DNA of 64,000 nucleotides from a bacterium (GTDB lineage: Bacteria > Electryoneota > Electryoneia > Electryoneales > Electryoneaceae): positions 3,264,001 through 3,328,000 of the forward strand of contig CAXXKJ010000002.1 of assembly GCA_963675295.2 (NCBI GenBank), in the 5' to 3' direction. Position numbers and translations under genes: made by a program. Below are positions 55,420 to 64,000 of this stretch, piece by piece (within the stretch, counting starts at the first letter, position 1; each line of letters begins with the position of its first letter). A model generated the notes under the pieces. It was not told the origin of the DNA, did not search any database, and was given only the letters and a program-made list of their open reading frames with translations.

Positions 55420-56877
55420 CTATCCTTCGTGTGGCCAACGCACGTTCGGCTTGCGTGACGCGGCAGCCTCGTCCAGGCGTTTCACCGGTGTGTTGTACGG
55501 CGCGTCGTGCAGGAATTCCGGCTTCGACATCGCCTCTTCCGAGATCGTGTGCATGATCTCAATGAACCGGTCGAGGGTTTCCTTGGTTTCGGTTTCGGTC
55601 GGCTCGATCATCATCGCTTCGTGCACGATCAGCGGGAAATACACCGTCGGCGCGTGCATGCCGAAGTCGAGCAGACGTTTCGCGATGTCCAGCGCGCGGG
55701 CGCCGTTCTTCGCCTGTTTGTCGGCGCTGAAGACCACCTCGTGCAGGCAGCGGTCCGGGAACGGCAACACGAAATCCTTTTGCAGCAGGATGCGTAGATA
55801 GTTGGCGTTGGTGATTGCCGCCCGGGAAACATCCTCGAGCCCGTCCTTGCCGTTGGCGAGGATGTAGGTGTAAGCGCGCAGCAGCACGAGGAAATTGCCG
55901 TAGAAGCCTTGCATCTTGCCGATGGATTTTGGCCGCACCCAGTCGTGGAAGAAAACTTCCTCTTCCTTACGGATCACCGGAGTCGGCAGATACGGTTCCA
56001 GCGCATCGACGCAGCACACCGGTCCGGCTCCCGGCCCGCCGCCACCGTGCGGCGTGGAGAACGTCTTGTGCACGTTAATGTGCATCACATCGAAGCCCAT
56101 TTTGGCCGGATAGGTGATGCCGAGCAGCGCGTTCAGGTTTGCGCCATCCATGTACATGAACCCGCCGGCGTCATGCACGATCTTCGCGATTTCCTGGATG
56201 TTGCTTTCGAAAATGCCGAGCGTGTTCGGGTTGGTGATCATCATCCCGACGAGCCGGTCGTCCACGGCCTTGCGCACCTCTTCCGGATCGACCGTGCCAT
56301 CGTCCCCGGATTTCAGCTCCACCACTTCGCAGCCGGCGAGCATGATCGTTGCCGGGTTGGTCCCATGCGCGGAGTCCGGTATGATGACACGCTTGCGCTT
56401 CATGTCACCATGATCCTCATGATACTTCTTCATCAGCATCAGGCCGGTGAGCTCACCGGACGCTCCCGCTGGGGGCTGCAGGGTAACGGCGCTGAAGCCG
56501 GTGATCGCCTTGAGCTGTTCACCGAGTTCATACAACACTTCCAGCGCGCCCTGGGCGTACCGGGTCGGTGTGAACGGGTGCAGCTCCGAGAAATTCGCGT
56601 TCCCGACCACCTGCTCATTGATCTTCGGGTTGTACTTCATGGTGCACGACCCGAGCGGGTAAAAGTCCCGGTCAACGTGATGGTTCAGGTTCGAGAGGCG
56701 ATGGAAGTGACGGATGACGTCGTTCTCGCTCACTTCCGGCAACGGTGCGTCCGTTTGACGGCGCAGCTTCTTCGGCAAAGGTTGCGCGGCCGGAACATCG
56801 GAGACCGGCAATCGTACGCCACGCCGGCCATGGGCAGACAATTCGTAGAGCAGCTTTTCCGGCATCGGGTTCTGCAT
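55420..56877 (-). CDS. gcvPB: Glycine dehydrogenase subunit 2
   Basis: YPLGSCTMKYNP, SAHGTNPA, DGAN, HINVHKTFSTPHGGGGPG, EPTETE. Confidence 0.96.
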   Translation of the reverse strand: MQNPMPEKLLYELSAHGRRGVRLPVSDVPAAQPLPKKLRRQTDAPLPEVSENDVIRHFHRLSNLNHHVDRDFYPLGSCTMKYNPKINEQVVGNANFSELHPFTPTRYAQGALEVLYELGEQLKAITGFSAVTLQPPAGASGELTGLMLMKKYHEDHGDMKRKRVIIPDSAHGTNPATIMLAGCEVVELKSGDDGTVDPEEVRKAVDDRLVGMMITNPNTLGIFESNIQEIAKIVHDAGGFMYMDGANLNALLGITYPAKMGFDVMHINVHKTFSTPHGGGGPGAGPVCCVDALEPYLPTPVIRKEEEVFFHDWVRPKSIGKMQGFYGNFLVLLRAYTYILANGKDGLEDVSRAAITNANYLRILLQKDFVLPFPDRCLHEVVFSADKQAKNGARALDIAKRLLDFGMHAPTVYFPLIVHEAMMIEPTETETKETLDRFIEIMHTISEEAMSKPEFLHDAPYNTPVKRLDEAAASRKPNVRWPHEG

Positions 56878-57107
56878 CAGCGGTAAATCCTTGACTCAGT
56901 GTGGATCGTTCTGCTTGGAGAGGTACGTCTCAGGCCCTCTCAGATCTGGGTAAAGAAGGTAGGAATATACAGCTCGCCGGGCAGTCTCGCTGAACCGGCT
57001 CAATCTCTCGGTTACGATGGAGCCGTGCCACTGACAATTGCACCTTTTCCCTAGCGCAGACGGTAACGTTCACCAGAGCTGTCGTCCATCCAACATCGGG
57101 GGGTATC

Positions 57108-57545
57108 GTGAAACGCGGGATCACTTTTCTATTTCTGGTCATCAGCCTGTTCATGCTGCTGTCAGCGGCACAAGCTGAAGAGGAGACTCGAGAAGGGCTG
57201 TTGCTGCACATGAGCAAAGGCGAGGATCATGCGCACGAGGTACTGATGCCATTGAGCCTCGGACTCAAGATGCATGAAGCCAAGGCGGTGCAATTTTTCC
57301 TCGACATCGACGCTGTGAACCTGGTAAAGAAGGGTGCGGAACCGGTATCATTCAGAGGTTTCGACCATGCCTCCAACATTCTGATTGAACGGTTGTTGGC
57401 TGCCGGCGTTGGCATTCATGTGTGTCCAATGTGCATGAAGGCGGCAGGCATGACGGAAGATGATTTGATCGAAGGGGTCGTTGTTGCGGGTCCGGACACC
57501 TTTCATGGGTTTACCAGCGGGCGGATCGTCACATTGGACTGGTAG
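57108..57545 (+). CDS. DsrE-like protein with signal peptide
   Basis: AQA-E signal cleavage site; FLDIDAV, VCPMC, LIEGV. Confidence 0.78.
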   Translation: MKRGITFLFLVISLFMLLSAAQAEEETREGLLLHMSKGEDHAHEVLMPLSLGLKMHEAKAVQFFLDIDAVNLVKKGAEPVSFRGFDHASNILIERLLAAGVGIHVCPMCMKAAGMTEDDLIEGVVVAGPDTFHGFTSGRIVTLDW

Positions 57546-57629
57546 CAGGTTCCGCGCGAAGACATGTAGCAGGCGTTCTCGTTGTGAACCTCGCCATTGT
57601 TCCAAGTGCGAGTCTGGGTAGAATTCACG

Positions 57630-57658
57630 TTGACTCCCCGGGAGCATGCCTGTATATT
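57630..57658 (+). promoter_or_regulatory. Sigma70 promoter of secDF
   Basis: TTGACT-N17-TATATT. Confidence 0.7.
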
Positions 57659-57920
57659 CAGGGGTTCAATTTGAACCGGTCTATCTGGACCGGTTTCGTT
57701 TGCAGGGAAGGGTCTGGAGTGCAGGGAGTTTTGTGGGGGCGACGGGTTCGGGTAGAGCCCGGGAGTCATCCCTTCCCATCTCCGCAGGCACACAGTTGAG
57801 TCTGTGCCATTCTCCCCTTAACCTTGCAAGTTCGCAAACAGCCAACGCCAGCCATCCCGGGAAGGTCTCCGCGGCTGGTCCAACACCGCCTTTTGGGCGC
57901 CGAACAGACGCTATGGTTCA

Positions 57921-59996
57921 ATGAAAGGTTCCCATCTTTTCCGCACTCTGCTGATTCTCGTGCTGGTTGTGCTCGCGGTCGTGAATTTGTATCCGACCTT
58001 CCGTGGCATGCAGCTCGAGAAGAATTTGGAGCAGAAGCTCCAGCAGATCAGCGATGCCACTGGCATGCCAGTCAACATCCTTCGTGAGGACATCTTCCGG
58101 TTCGATGTCGATCTCGCCTACAAGATCCGTAAGCAGACGGATTTGAGCGACGATCAGAAAGCCGAACTGATTGGTCTCGTGAATGAGCTGCGTGGAGATT
58201 TCTTCGCGGAGTTTGAGGATGTCAGTGATGGATCGATCAAGCTCGGTCTCGACTTGCAGGGCGGCATGCACCTCATCCTTGAGGTGAGTCTTGTCGACCT
58301 GATGGACCGTCTGGCCAAGGGTACGGACCAGACCTACGACGAGATCTCGAACGCCGTTCGCGAGCAGTTGAACGACGATCCGACGCTTGAGTTCGATCAG
58401 GTGGTTGTGCAGCAATTCGCCGACCGTGGCGTGCCGATGGCACGGTACTTCGGTGACCCACGCCAGAGCGACCGTGAAATCGTCCGCATGCTCGGTGAGC
58501 AGGCGGAGGAAGCGGTCAACCTGACGTTGACCAAGCTGCGTAACCGTATCGACGAGTTCGGCGTGTCCGAGCCTTCGATCACGCGCCAGGGTGCCCGCCG
58601 CATCGTGGTTGAGCTGCCGGGTGTGCAAGATCCGACCCGTGCGCGCAACCTGATCGGGCGGACCGCGCTGCTCGAGTTCAAGCTCGTGGCGGATGCGGAA
58701 GTCAGCGCGCGTGTCATTCAGGATATTGACGAGTACCTGCGTCAGAATTCAGACAATCCTGAGTTGATGGACGCTGAGGGTGATACGTCAGCCACCGCGG
58801 ATGAGGAAATGGCCGCGGAAGAGATGACGGACGCGGACACGACCGCCGGTGACGAAGAACAGACCAGCACCGAACGTCTTCTTGGCGAAGACGGCGGCGA
58901 CATGGCGGAGAGCAGCGGTTCGAATTACGATCCGAACCGTCCGTTCAGCAGCCTGATGAGCTTGTTTGGGCGGCAGATCGTGGTGCTTGAGTCCGACCGC
59001 GACCGAGTCGAAGCGATTCTCGGCCGACAGGATGTTCAGAACATCATCCCGCCTGAGTACGAGTTCCTCTGGAGCAATAAGGAAAACACCGACCAGCAGG
59101 GTCGCGCGTTCAACTACCTGTATCTGCTGAAGTCGAAAGCGGAGCTGACGGGTAACGCGTTGAGCGACGCGCAGGTGACGATCGGCAGCGGTTCCGCTGA
59201 TCCGACCCAGGCCGGTCAGGCGATTGTAACGCTGACGATGAAGCGTGAAGGCGCGCGCACATTTGCCCGTGTCACCGAGAACAACATCGGTGAGCAGCTG
59301 GCGATCGTGCTGGATGACAAGGTGCACATGGCACCGAACATCCGGTCCCGGATTCCGGACGGCCGCGCGATCATCGAAGGCATGGAAAGCGTTGAAGAGG
59401 CGGACGACATCTCGATCGTACTGCGCGCGGGTGCGTTGCCGGCACCGGTTGAGATCATCGAAGAACGGACCGTTGGTCCGAGCCTCGGTGAGGATTCGAT
59501 TCGGGCTGGTACGTTGAGTGCCATCACCGGTCTCATCCTGGTCATGGTCTTCATGGTCATCTACTATCGTGGCAGCGGTATCGTTGCTGACTTGGCGTTG
59601 TTGCTGAACATCGTCTTCCTGATGGCGGTTCTGGCGGGCTTCGGGTTTACTCTGACCCTGCCGGGTATCGCGGGCATCATCCTCACGATCGGTATGGCGG
59701 TAGACGCCAACGTGCTCATCTTCGAGCGTATTCGTGAGGAACTCACTGCGGGCAAGACGGTGTGGAACGCTGTCAAGAACGGGTTCGACCGTGCGTTGAT
59801 CACGATTCTCGACGCGAACATCACCACCATGATCGCGGGCATCATTCTGTACCAGTTCGGTACCGGCCCGATCCGTGGTTTCGCCTTGACCCTGATGATT
59901 GGTATCGCCGCGTCCGTGTTCACCGCCCTGGTGGTGAGCCGTGCGATTTTCGATTACATCACCGCCCGTTGGTCGGTTAAAAAGCTGAGTATCTGA
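57921..59996 (+). CDS. secD: Protein translocase subunit SecD
   Basis: LGLDLQGG, RNRIDEFGVSEP, LRAGALPAP, VGPSLG, GMAVDANVLIFERIREE. Confidence 0.97.
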   Translation: MKGSHLFRTLLILVLVVLAVVNLYPTFRGMQLEKNLEQKLQQISDATGMPVNILREDIFRFDVDLAYKIRKQTDLSDDQKAELIGLVNELRGDFFAEFEDVSDGSIKLGLDLQGGMHLILEVSLVDLMDRLAKGTDQTYDEISNAVREQLNDDPTLEFDQVVVQQFADRGVPMARYFGDPRQSDREIVRMLGEQAEEAVNLTLTKLRNRIDEFGVSEPSITRQGARRIVVELPGVQDPTRARNLIGRTALLEFKLVADAEVSARVIQDIDEYLRQNSDNPELMDAEGDTSATADEEMAAEEMTDADTTAGDEEQTSTERLLGEDGGDMAESSGSNYDPNRPFSSLMSLFGRQIVVLESDRDRVEAILGRQDVQNIIPPEYEFLWSNKENTDQQGRAFNYLYLLKSKAELTGNALSDAQVTIGSGSADPTQAGQAIVTLTMKREGARTFARVTENNIGEQLAIVLDDKVHMAPNIRSRIPDGRAIIEGMESVEEADDISIVLRAGALPAPVEIIEERTVGPSLGEDSIRAGTLSAITGLILVMVFMVIYYRGSGIVADLALLLNIVFLMAVLAGFGFTLTLPGIAGIILTIGMAVDANVLIFERIREELTAGKTVWNAVKNGFDRALITILDANITTMIAGIILYQFGTGPIRGFALTLMIGIAASVFTALVVSRAIFDYITARWSVKKLSI

Positions 59997-59999
59997 CCC

Positions 60000-60920
60000 A
60001 TGCTTCAGATTTTCCGAAACACCAACTACGACTTCCAGAGCAAGCGCCGTGTCGCGTTCGTTATCAGCGGCGCGCTCATTCTGATCGGAATCATCGCCAC
60101 GATCATGCGTGGCGGCCCGAACTATTCGATTGACTTCACCGGCGGTCTGCAGATGATGCTGCGATTTGAGACGCCGGTTGAGGAAGGCGATGTTCGCACC
60201 GCTGTCGCGGATCTTGGCTACACCGATGCCGAAGTCAAAACCATTACTGGTCGTGGCCAGCAGGATGTGATGATTCGCATCCCGGTTCTGACCGGTCATG
60301 ATGATCTCAGCGACGAACTGCAGGCTGGCTTGCAGGGGCAGTTCCCGGACGATCCGCTGACGGTCCGCAGTGTGGAAACCGTCGGTCCGAAGATCGGTCA
60401 CGAGCTGCGGAATGCGGCGATCCTCGCGATCCTCGCGTCCCTGTTCTTCATCGTCATCTACATCAGCTGGCGATTCCGGTACCGCTACGCCATCGCCGCG
60501 CTTGCCGCGTTGGCGCATGACGTGTTGATCGTGTTCGGCCTGTTCTCGATCCTCAATTTGCAGATCAGCCTCGCGGTCATCGCGGCGTTCCTGACCATCG
60601 TCGGTTATTCGCTGAACGATACAATCGTTGTTTTCGACCGTATCCGTGAAAACGTGAAGAAGCTGCGCGCGAAGAAGTTCTTCGACCAGATCAACATTTC
60701 GATCAACGAAACGCTGTCACGTACCGTACTGACATCCGGCACAACGTTGATCGTGGTCTTCATCCTTTACTTCTTCGGTGGAGCGGTGATTCACGACTTC
60801 GCGTTCGCGTTGTTGGCCGGTGTGATCGTCGGTACCTATTCGTCGATCTTCGTTGCCAGCCCGATTTTGATCGAGTGGGACAACGCTCGTCCGGACAAAC
60901 GCTCGAAAAAAACGATCTGA
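60000..60920 (+). CDS. secF: Protein translocase subunit SecF
   Basis: IDFTGG, VGPKIG, HDV, GYSLNDTIVVFDRIRE, GTYSSIFVA. Confidence 0.97.
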   Translation: MLQIFRNTNYDFQSKRRVAFVISGALILIGIIATIMRGGPNYSIDFTGGLQMMLRFETPVEEGDVRTAVADLGYTDAEVKTITGRGQQDVMIRIPVLTGHDDLSDELQAGLQGQFPDDPLTVRSVETVGPKIGHELRNAAILAILASLFFIVIYISWRFRYRYAIAALAALAHDVLIVFGLFSILNLQISLAVIAAFLTIVGYSLNDTIVVFDRIRENVKKLRAKKFFDQINISINETLSRTVLTSGTTLIVVFILYFFGGAVIHDFAFALLAGVIVGTYSSIFVASPILIEWDNARPDKRSKKTI

Positions 60921-60940
60921 CCTCGTTGAGGTTTCCTGTT

Positions 60941-60964
60941 GCCCGGGACCTCCCGGGCTTTTTT
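60941..60964 (+). terminator. Intrinsic terminator of secDF
   Basis: GCCCGGGA-CC-TCCCGGGC-TTTTTT. Confidence 0.8.
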
Positions 60965-61035
60965 GTGCGCGGCAGTTTCGTTACTAACATTACCGGTAGC
61001 AACGTGTCAACAGACAAGCGCCGGAGGGTGGGAGA

Positions 61036-62340
61036 ATGGCAGTAACCGCTATTGTCGGATGCCAGTGGGGCGACGAAGGCAAAGGAAAGATTGTCGACCT
61101 GCTCAGTGAACCCGCGGATTTCGTTGGCCGCTACCAGGGCGGTCCGAACGCTGGCCACACTGTCGTTCACAAGGGTGACGAAACCATCCTGCACCAGATT
61201 CCGTCCGGGATTTTACATGAAGACGTGATCTGCCTGCTCGGCAATGGATCGGTCATCGACCCGCGCATCCTGTTCGAGGAGATTGACGAACTCGAGCGAA
61301 AAGGGGTCAAGGTCGCGGGCCGGCTGTTTATTAGCCACAAGGCTCACCTGATCATGCCGTACCATCGTGCCATCGACGAAGCCGCGGAACAGGCCGCCGG
61401 CAAAGGCAAGATCGGCACGACGGGGCGCGGTATCGGTCCAGCTTATACGGACAAATACCAACGATGCGGCGTGCGGATTGTTGACCTGCTCGATCGTGAC
61501 CACCTTGAGAAAAAGCTTCGCGCCAACCTCAAGGACAAGAACAAGCTGCTGCGGGATTATTACCACAGCACCGAGCTGGACGTCAAGCATATCCTCGACG
61601 AGTATCTCGACTTCGACAAGAAGGCCGATCCGTACATCAAGGACGTGTCGGTGATGCTAAACGACGCCATCGACCAGGGCAAGGACGTCCTGCTTGAGGG
61701 CGCGCAGGGTACGCTGCTGGACGTCGATCACGGAACCTACCCGTTCGTGACCAGCTCGAACCCGACCGCTGGTGCCGCCGCGACGGGCCTTGGCATCGGC
61801 CCGCGACGGATCAACCATGTTGTCGGCGTGATGAAGGCCTACACCACCCGTGTCGGCAACGGGCCCTTCCCCACCGAACTGGCGGAACCGCTGCAGAGCG
61901 AGTTTCGCAAGTGGGGCGGCGAGTACGGTGCGACAACCGGACGCGCCCGCCGTTGTGGCTGGCTCGACCTTGTCATCGGACGCTATTCCGCCCGTATCAA
62001 CGGGCTCGATTCGTGGGCGATTACCAAGCTGGACGTGCTCAGCGAACTGGATGAGATCAAGGTTTGCACGTCCTACAGGCACAAGGGAAAAACGATCCAT
62101 CACTTCCCGGCGGAACCGTGGTTGCTGGACGAAGTCGAACCGGTTTATGAAACCCTCCCGGGTTGGCGGCAAGACATTTCGGGAATCCGGCGGTATCGTG
62201 ATCTGCCGAACAATTGCCGCGCGTACCTGGATTTCATCCAGGATCAGACGAAAGTGCCCATCGGACTGATCAGCGTCGGCGCGGAACGGGAAGCCTACGT
62301 GCCACTATCCGCAGAGGCGTTGGGACTGGAGCAGCAGTGA
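61036..62340 (+). CDS. purA: Adenylosuccinate synthetase
   Basis: QWGDEGKGK, GGPNAGHT, GTTGRGIGPAY, EGAQG, GTYPFVTSS. Confidence 0.97.
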   Translation: MAVTAIVGCQWGDEGKGKIVDLLSEPADFVGRYQGGPNAGHTVVHKGDETILHQIPSGILHEDVICLLGNGSVIDPRILFEEIDELERKGVKVAGRLFISHKAHLIMPYHRAIDEAAEQAAGKGKIGTTGRGIGPAYTDKYQRCGVRIVDLLDRDHLEKKLRANLKDKNKLLRDYYHSTELDVKHILDEYLDFDKKADPYIKDVSVMLNDAIDQGKDVLLEGAQGTLLDVDHGTYPFVTSSNPTAGAAATGLGIGPRRINHVVGVMKAYTTRVGNGPFPTELAEPLQSEFRKWGGEYGATTGRARRCGWLDLVIGRYSARINGLDSWAITKLDVLSELDEIKVCTSYRHKGKTIHHFPAEPWLLDEVEPVYETLPGWRQDISGIRRYRDLPNNCRAYLDFIQDQTKVPIGLISVGAEREAYVPLSAEALGLEQQ

Positions 62341-62646
62341 CACGGTTGCGCGGGGTGTCCTGAATTTGTTTATTGCGGCCCGCGCAGGCTGGTTGGCGGG
62401 TGCGTGCGAAACGAGGCACCTGCAGAACCATGCACATGAAGTAGGCACTGCGGCGCTCAGATAGTCACTCTTGGCGCTGTGTGGATGTCCATTCGTCGAT
62501 TTCACTGTGACTTTGGTCAATTCACAGTGGATATCACTCAGGCTGTGGTCAATCCACAATCGGTGGCATTCAGATAGACTGTCTCTTCAGGTTTAACTAT
62601 TCGCCCGGATAGAGGGTGGCAATTTTTTCAAGCGAACGTGTTGTAT

Positions 62647-62719
62647 GAGGATGTAGCTCAGCTGGTAGAGCAGGGGCCTTTTAAGCCCAAGGCCGTGGGT
62701 TCGAGTCCCACCATCCTCA
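62647..62719 (+). tRNA. tRNA-Lys (TTT), CCA not encoded
   Basis: Acceptor stem GAGGATG/CATCCTC; D arm GCTC/GAGC; anticodon loop CTTTTAA; T arm GTGGG-TTCGAGT-CCCAC. Confidence 0.95.
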
Positions 62720-62839
62720 CTTGTTTATAAAGGACTTAGGGTATCTCCCGAGGTCCTTTTCTCGTTTTTGTCACACTCACGGCACACTCACCCTTTTTCC
62801 GTTGTACCTTCATGTCAACGATTGTGAACGGAGGTGGCC

Positions 62840-63928
62840 ATGGCTACGATCAGGACTCGGAAGGCGAACGACGGCAAGGATACTTACCAGGCGATTGTCC
62901 GTAAAAAGGGATTTCGCACCGTATCCAAGACGTTTCAATCGCAAACCCAGGCGAAACGGTGGGCGAAGAAAACTGAAGTCGAAATGGATGAGGGACGGTA
63001 CTTCCGGAACGCGGAAGCGAAACGCCATACCGTAGGTGAGGTAATTGATCGCTACGTCGAGGAACGACTTCCCCATTTCAAAGACCAGGCCAAACCCAAA
63101 GTTCACCTTCGCTACTGGAACGAACGAATCGGTCACCTCGTGCTTGCCGATCTCAAGGCGTCCACAATCGTAGCTGAACGTGATCGACTTCTCCGGGATG
63201 ATAACCATCCAGGAGCGCGTCTCAACCGCAAATTCGGACCCGCAACCGCGAACCGTTACACGACCTCGCTCCAGCGAGTCCTTGCCGTATGTGCCCGTGA
63301 CTGGGAATACCTTGAACGTTCTCCGATGCTCGGATTTCGGAAGTTGAAGGAATCTCGCGGACGTGTTCGCTTCCTCAGCGACGAGGAGCGCGAACGCTTG
63401 CTCTCTGCCTGCGAACGAAGCAGTAATCCTGATCTGCTCCTCGGTGTGCTGCTGTCGTTGTCCACTGGCGCACGTAAGAGTGAAATCCAGAACCTCCGCT
63501 GGCCTCAGATCGATCTGGCGAACCACAAGATCGTGCTGGAGGACACTAAGAACGACGAACGTCGAATCCTGCCCATCTTCGGCAGAGCGTACGATATACT
63601 GGTGGAACGATCCATGACGCAACGGCGTCTTGATACTGACCTTCTCTTCCCCGGTCGCAACAATCCAACCGTTTCGCAAGACCTTACTCGGCCATGGCAA
63701 CGTGCCATCAAGGAAGCCGAGATTGAAAATTTCCGCTGGCATGACCTCCGTCATTCCGCTGCCAGCTACCTCGCCATGTCAGGTGCAACTCCGACGGATA
63801 TTGCTCACATCCTAGGACACAAAACGCTTCAGATGGTCAAGAGATACGCACATCTAAGCGAGTCACATACCGCCAAACTAGTTCAAAACATGAATAGAAA
63901 ATACATCGGAGGTTCCAGTGGAAGATAG
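62840..63928 (+). CDS. Tyrosine recombinase/phage-type integrase
   Basis: TGARKSE (R), DTKN (K), WHDLRH, ILGH, KRYAHL (Y); GGAGG RBS; 120 bp downstream of the tRNA. Confidence 0.95.
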   Translation: MATIRTRKANDGKDTYQAIVRKKGFRTVSKTFQSQTQAKRWAKKTEVEMDEGRYFRNAEAKRHTVGEVIDRYVEERLPHFKDQAKPKVHLRYWNERIGHLVLADLKASTIVAERDRLLRDDNHPGARLNRKFGPATANRYTTSLQRVLAVCARDWEYLERSPMLGFRKLKESRGRVRFLSDEERERLLSACERSSNPDLLLGVLLSLSTGARKSEIQNLRWPQIDLANHKIVLEDTKNDERRILPIFGRAYDILVERSMTQRRLDTDLLFPGRNNPTVSQDLTRPWQRAIKEAEIENFRWHDLRHSAASYLAMSGATPTDIAHILGHKTLQMVKRYAHLSESHTAKLVQNMNRKYIGGSSGR

Positions 63929-64000
63929 AGAGACAAAAAGAAGGAAGGAGTACGAAATAGCGAAATGGAAATACGAACTATATCAGAAAGGACATCTTAT
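63918..64000 (+). CDS. Partial AT-rich cargo ORF running off the window
   Basis: GGAGG then GTG 63918, open to the end (MEDRETKRRKEYEIAKWKYELYQKGHL); overlaps the integrase stop. Confidence 0.5.
   Translation, partial: MEDRETKRRKEYEIAKWKYELYQKGHL

Larger units (their letters stand above)
62720..64000. mobile_element. Left end of a putative integrative element/prophage at tRNA-Lys
   Basis: Integrase immediately follows the tRNA 3' end and GC drops; the other att site is not in the window. Confidence 0.7.

Noticed and set aside
56915-56945. Glycine riboswitch upstream of gcvPB (GGAGAG...CTCTCAG)
   Set aside because: It is on the strand opposite to gcvPB and lacks the CCGAAG core; it is just a short hairpin.
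57646-57924. 92-aa ORF as a SecDF-monitoring arrest peptide
   Set aside because: It starts inside the predicted promoter and has no RBS, no signal or TM segment and no RAPP-like motif.
58788-60518. 576-aa antisense ORF over secDF, and similar long antisense ORFs over ligA, accC and gcvPB
   Set aside because: These are shadow frames expected from high-GC codon bias opposite well-conserved genes, with no recognisable motifs.
62810-63754. 314-aa ORF antisense to the integrase
   Set aside because: It lies almost entirely opposite a clear tyrosine recombinase and has no independent support.

Overview
Chromosomal window (roughly 60% GC) from a diderm bacterium. The efp-accB-accC-gcvH-gcvPA order and the many secreted proteins ending in a YPNP(F/S)N T9SS-type C-terminal domain (CTD) suggest an FCB-group lineage; this is inference, not a database result. 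Housekeeping genes include gdh, parAB, glnD, ligA, efp, accBC, gcvH/PA/PB, mazG, a dinG-exonuclease fusion, secDF, purA and tRNA-Lys. Accessory genes include a 5'-truncated multiheme cytochrome plus tandem-rhodanese lipoprotein, egtBD, an HMA2/CDF metal module and six CTD proteins plus one CTD-less relative. The right edge is the start of a tyrosine-integrase element next to tRNA-Lys(TTT). The most notable unexplained structures are: (1) a chimeric scar at 23385-23625, where a promoter-bearing 5' copy of ligA is fused through an 8-nt microhomology to a diverged 3' copy of the nlpC/P60 gene, marking accretion of a gene cassette between nlpC and ligA; (2) secreted-protein genes with GC-rich ends and in-frame AT-rich cores; (3) a dispersed REP-like hairpin family with compensatory substitutions; (4) five intergenic 7-nt periodic arrays; and (5) long structured leaders before secD and an S8 protease. 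No CRISPR array or rRNA was found, and I cannot show from the sequence alone that any of these is a new system.
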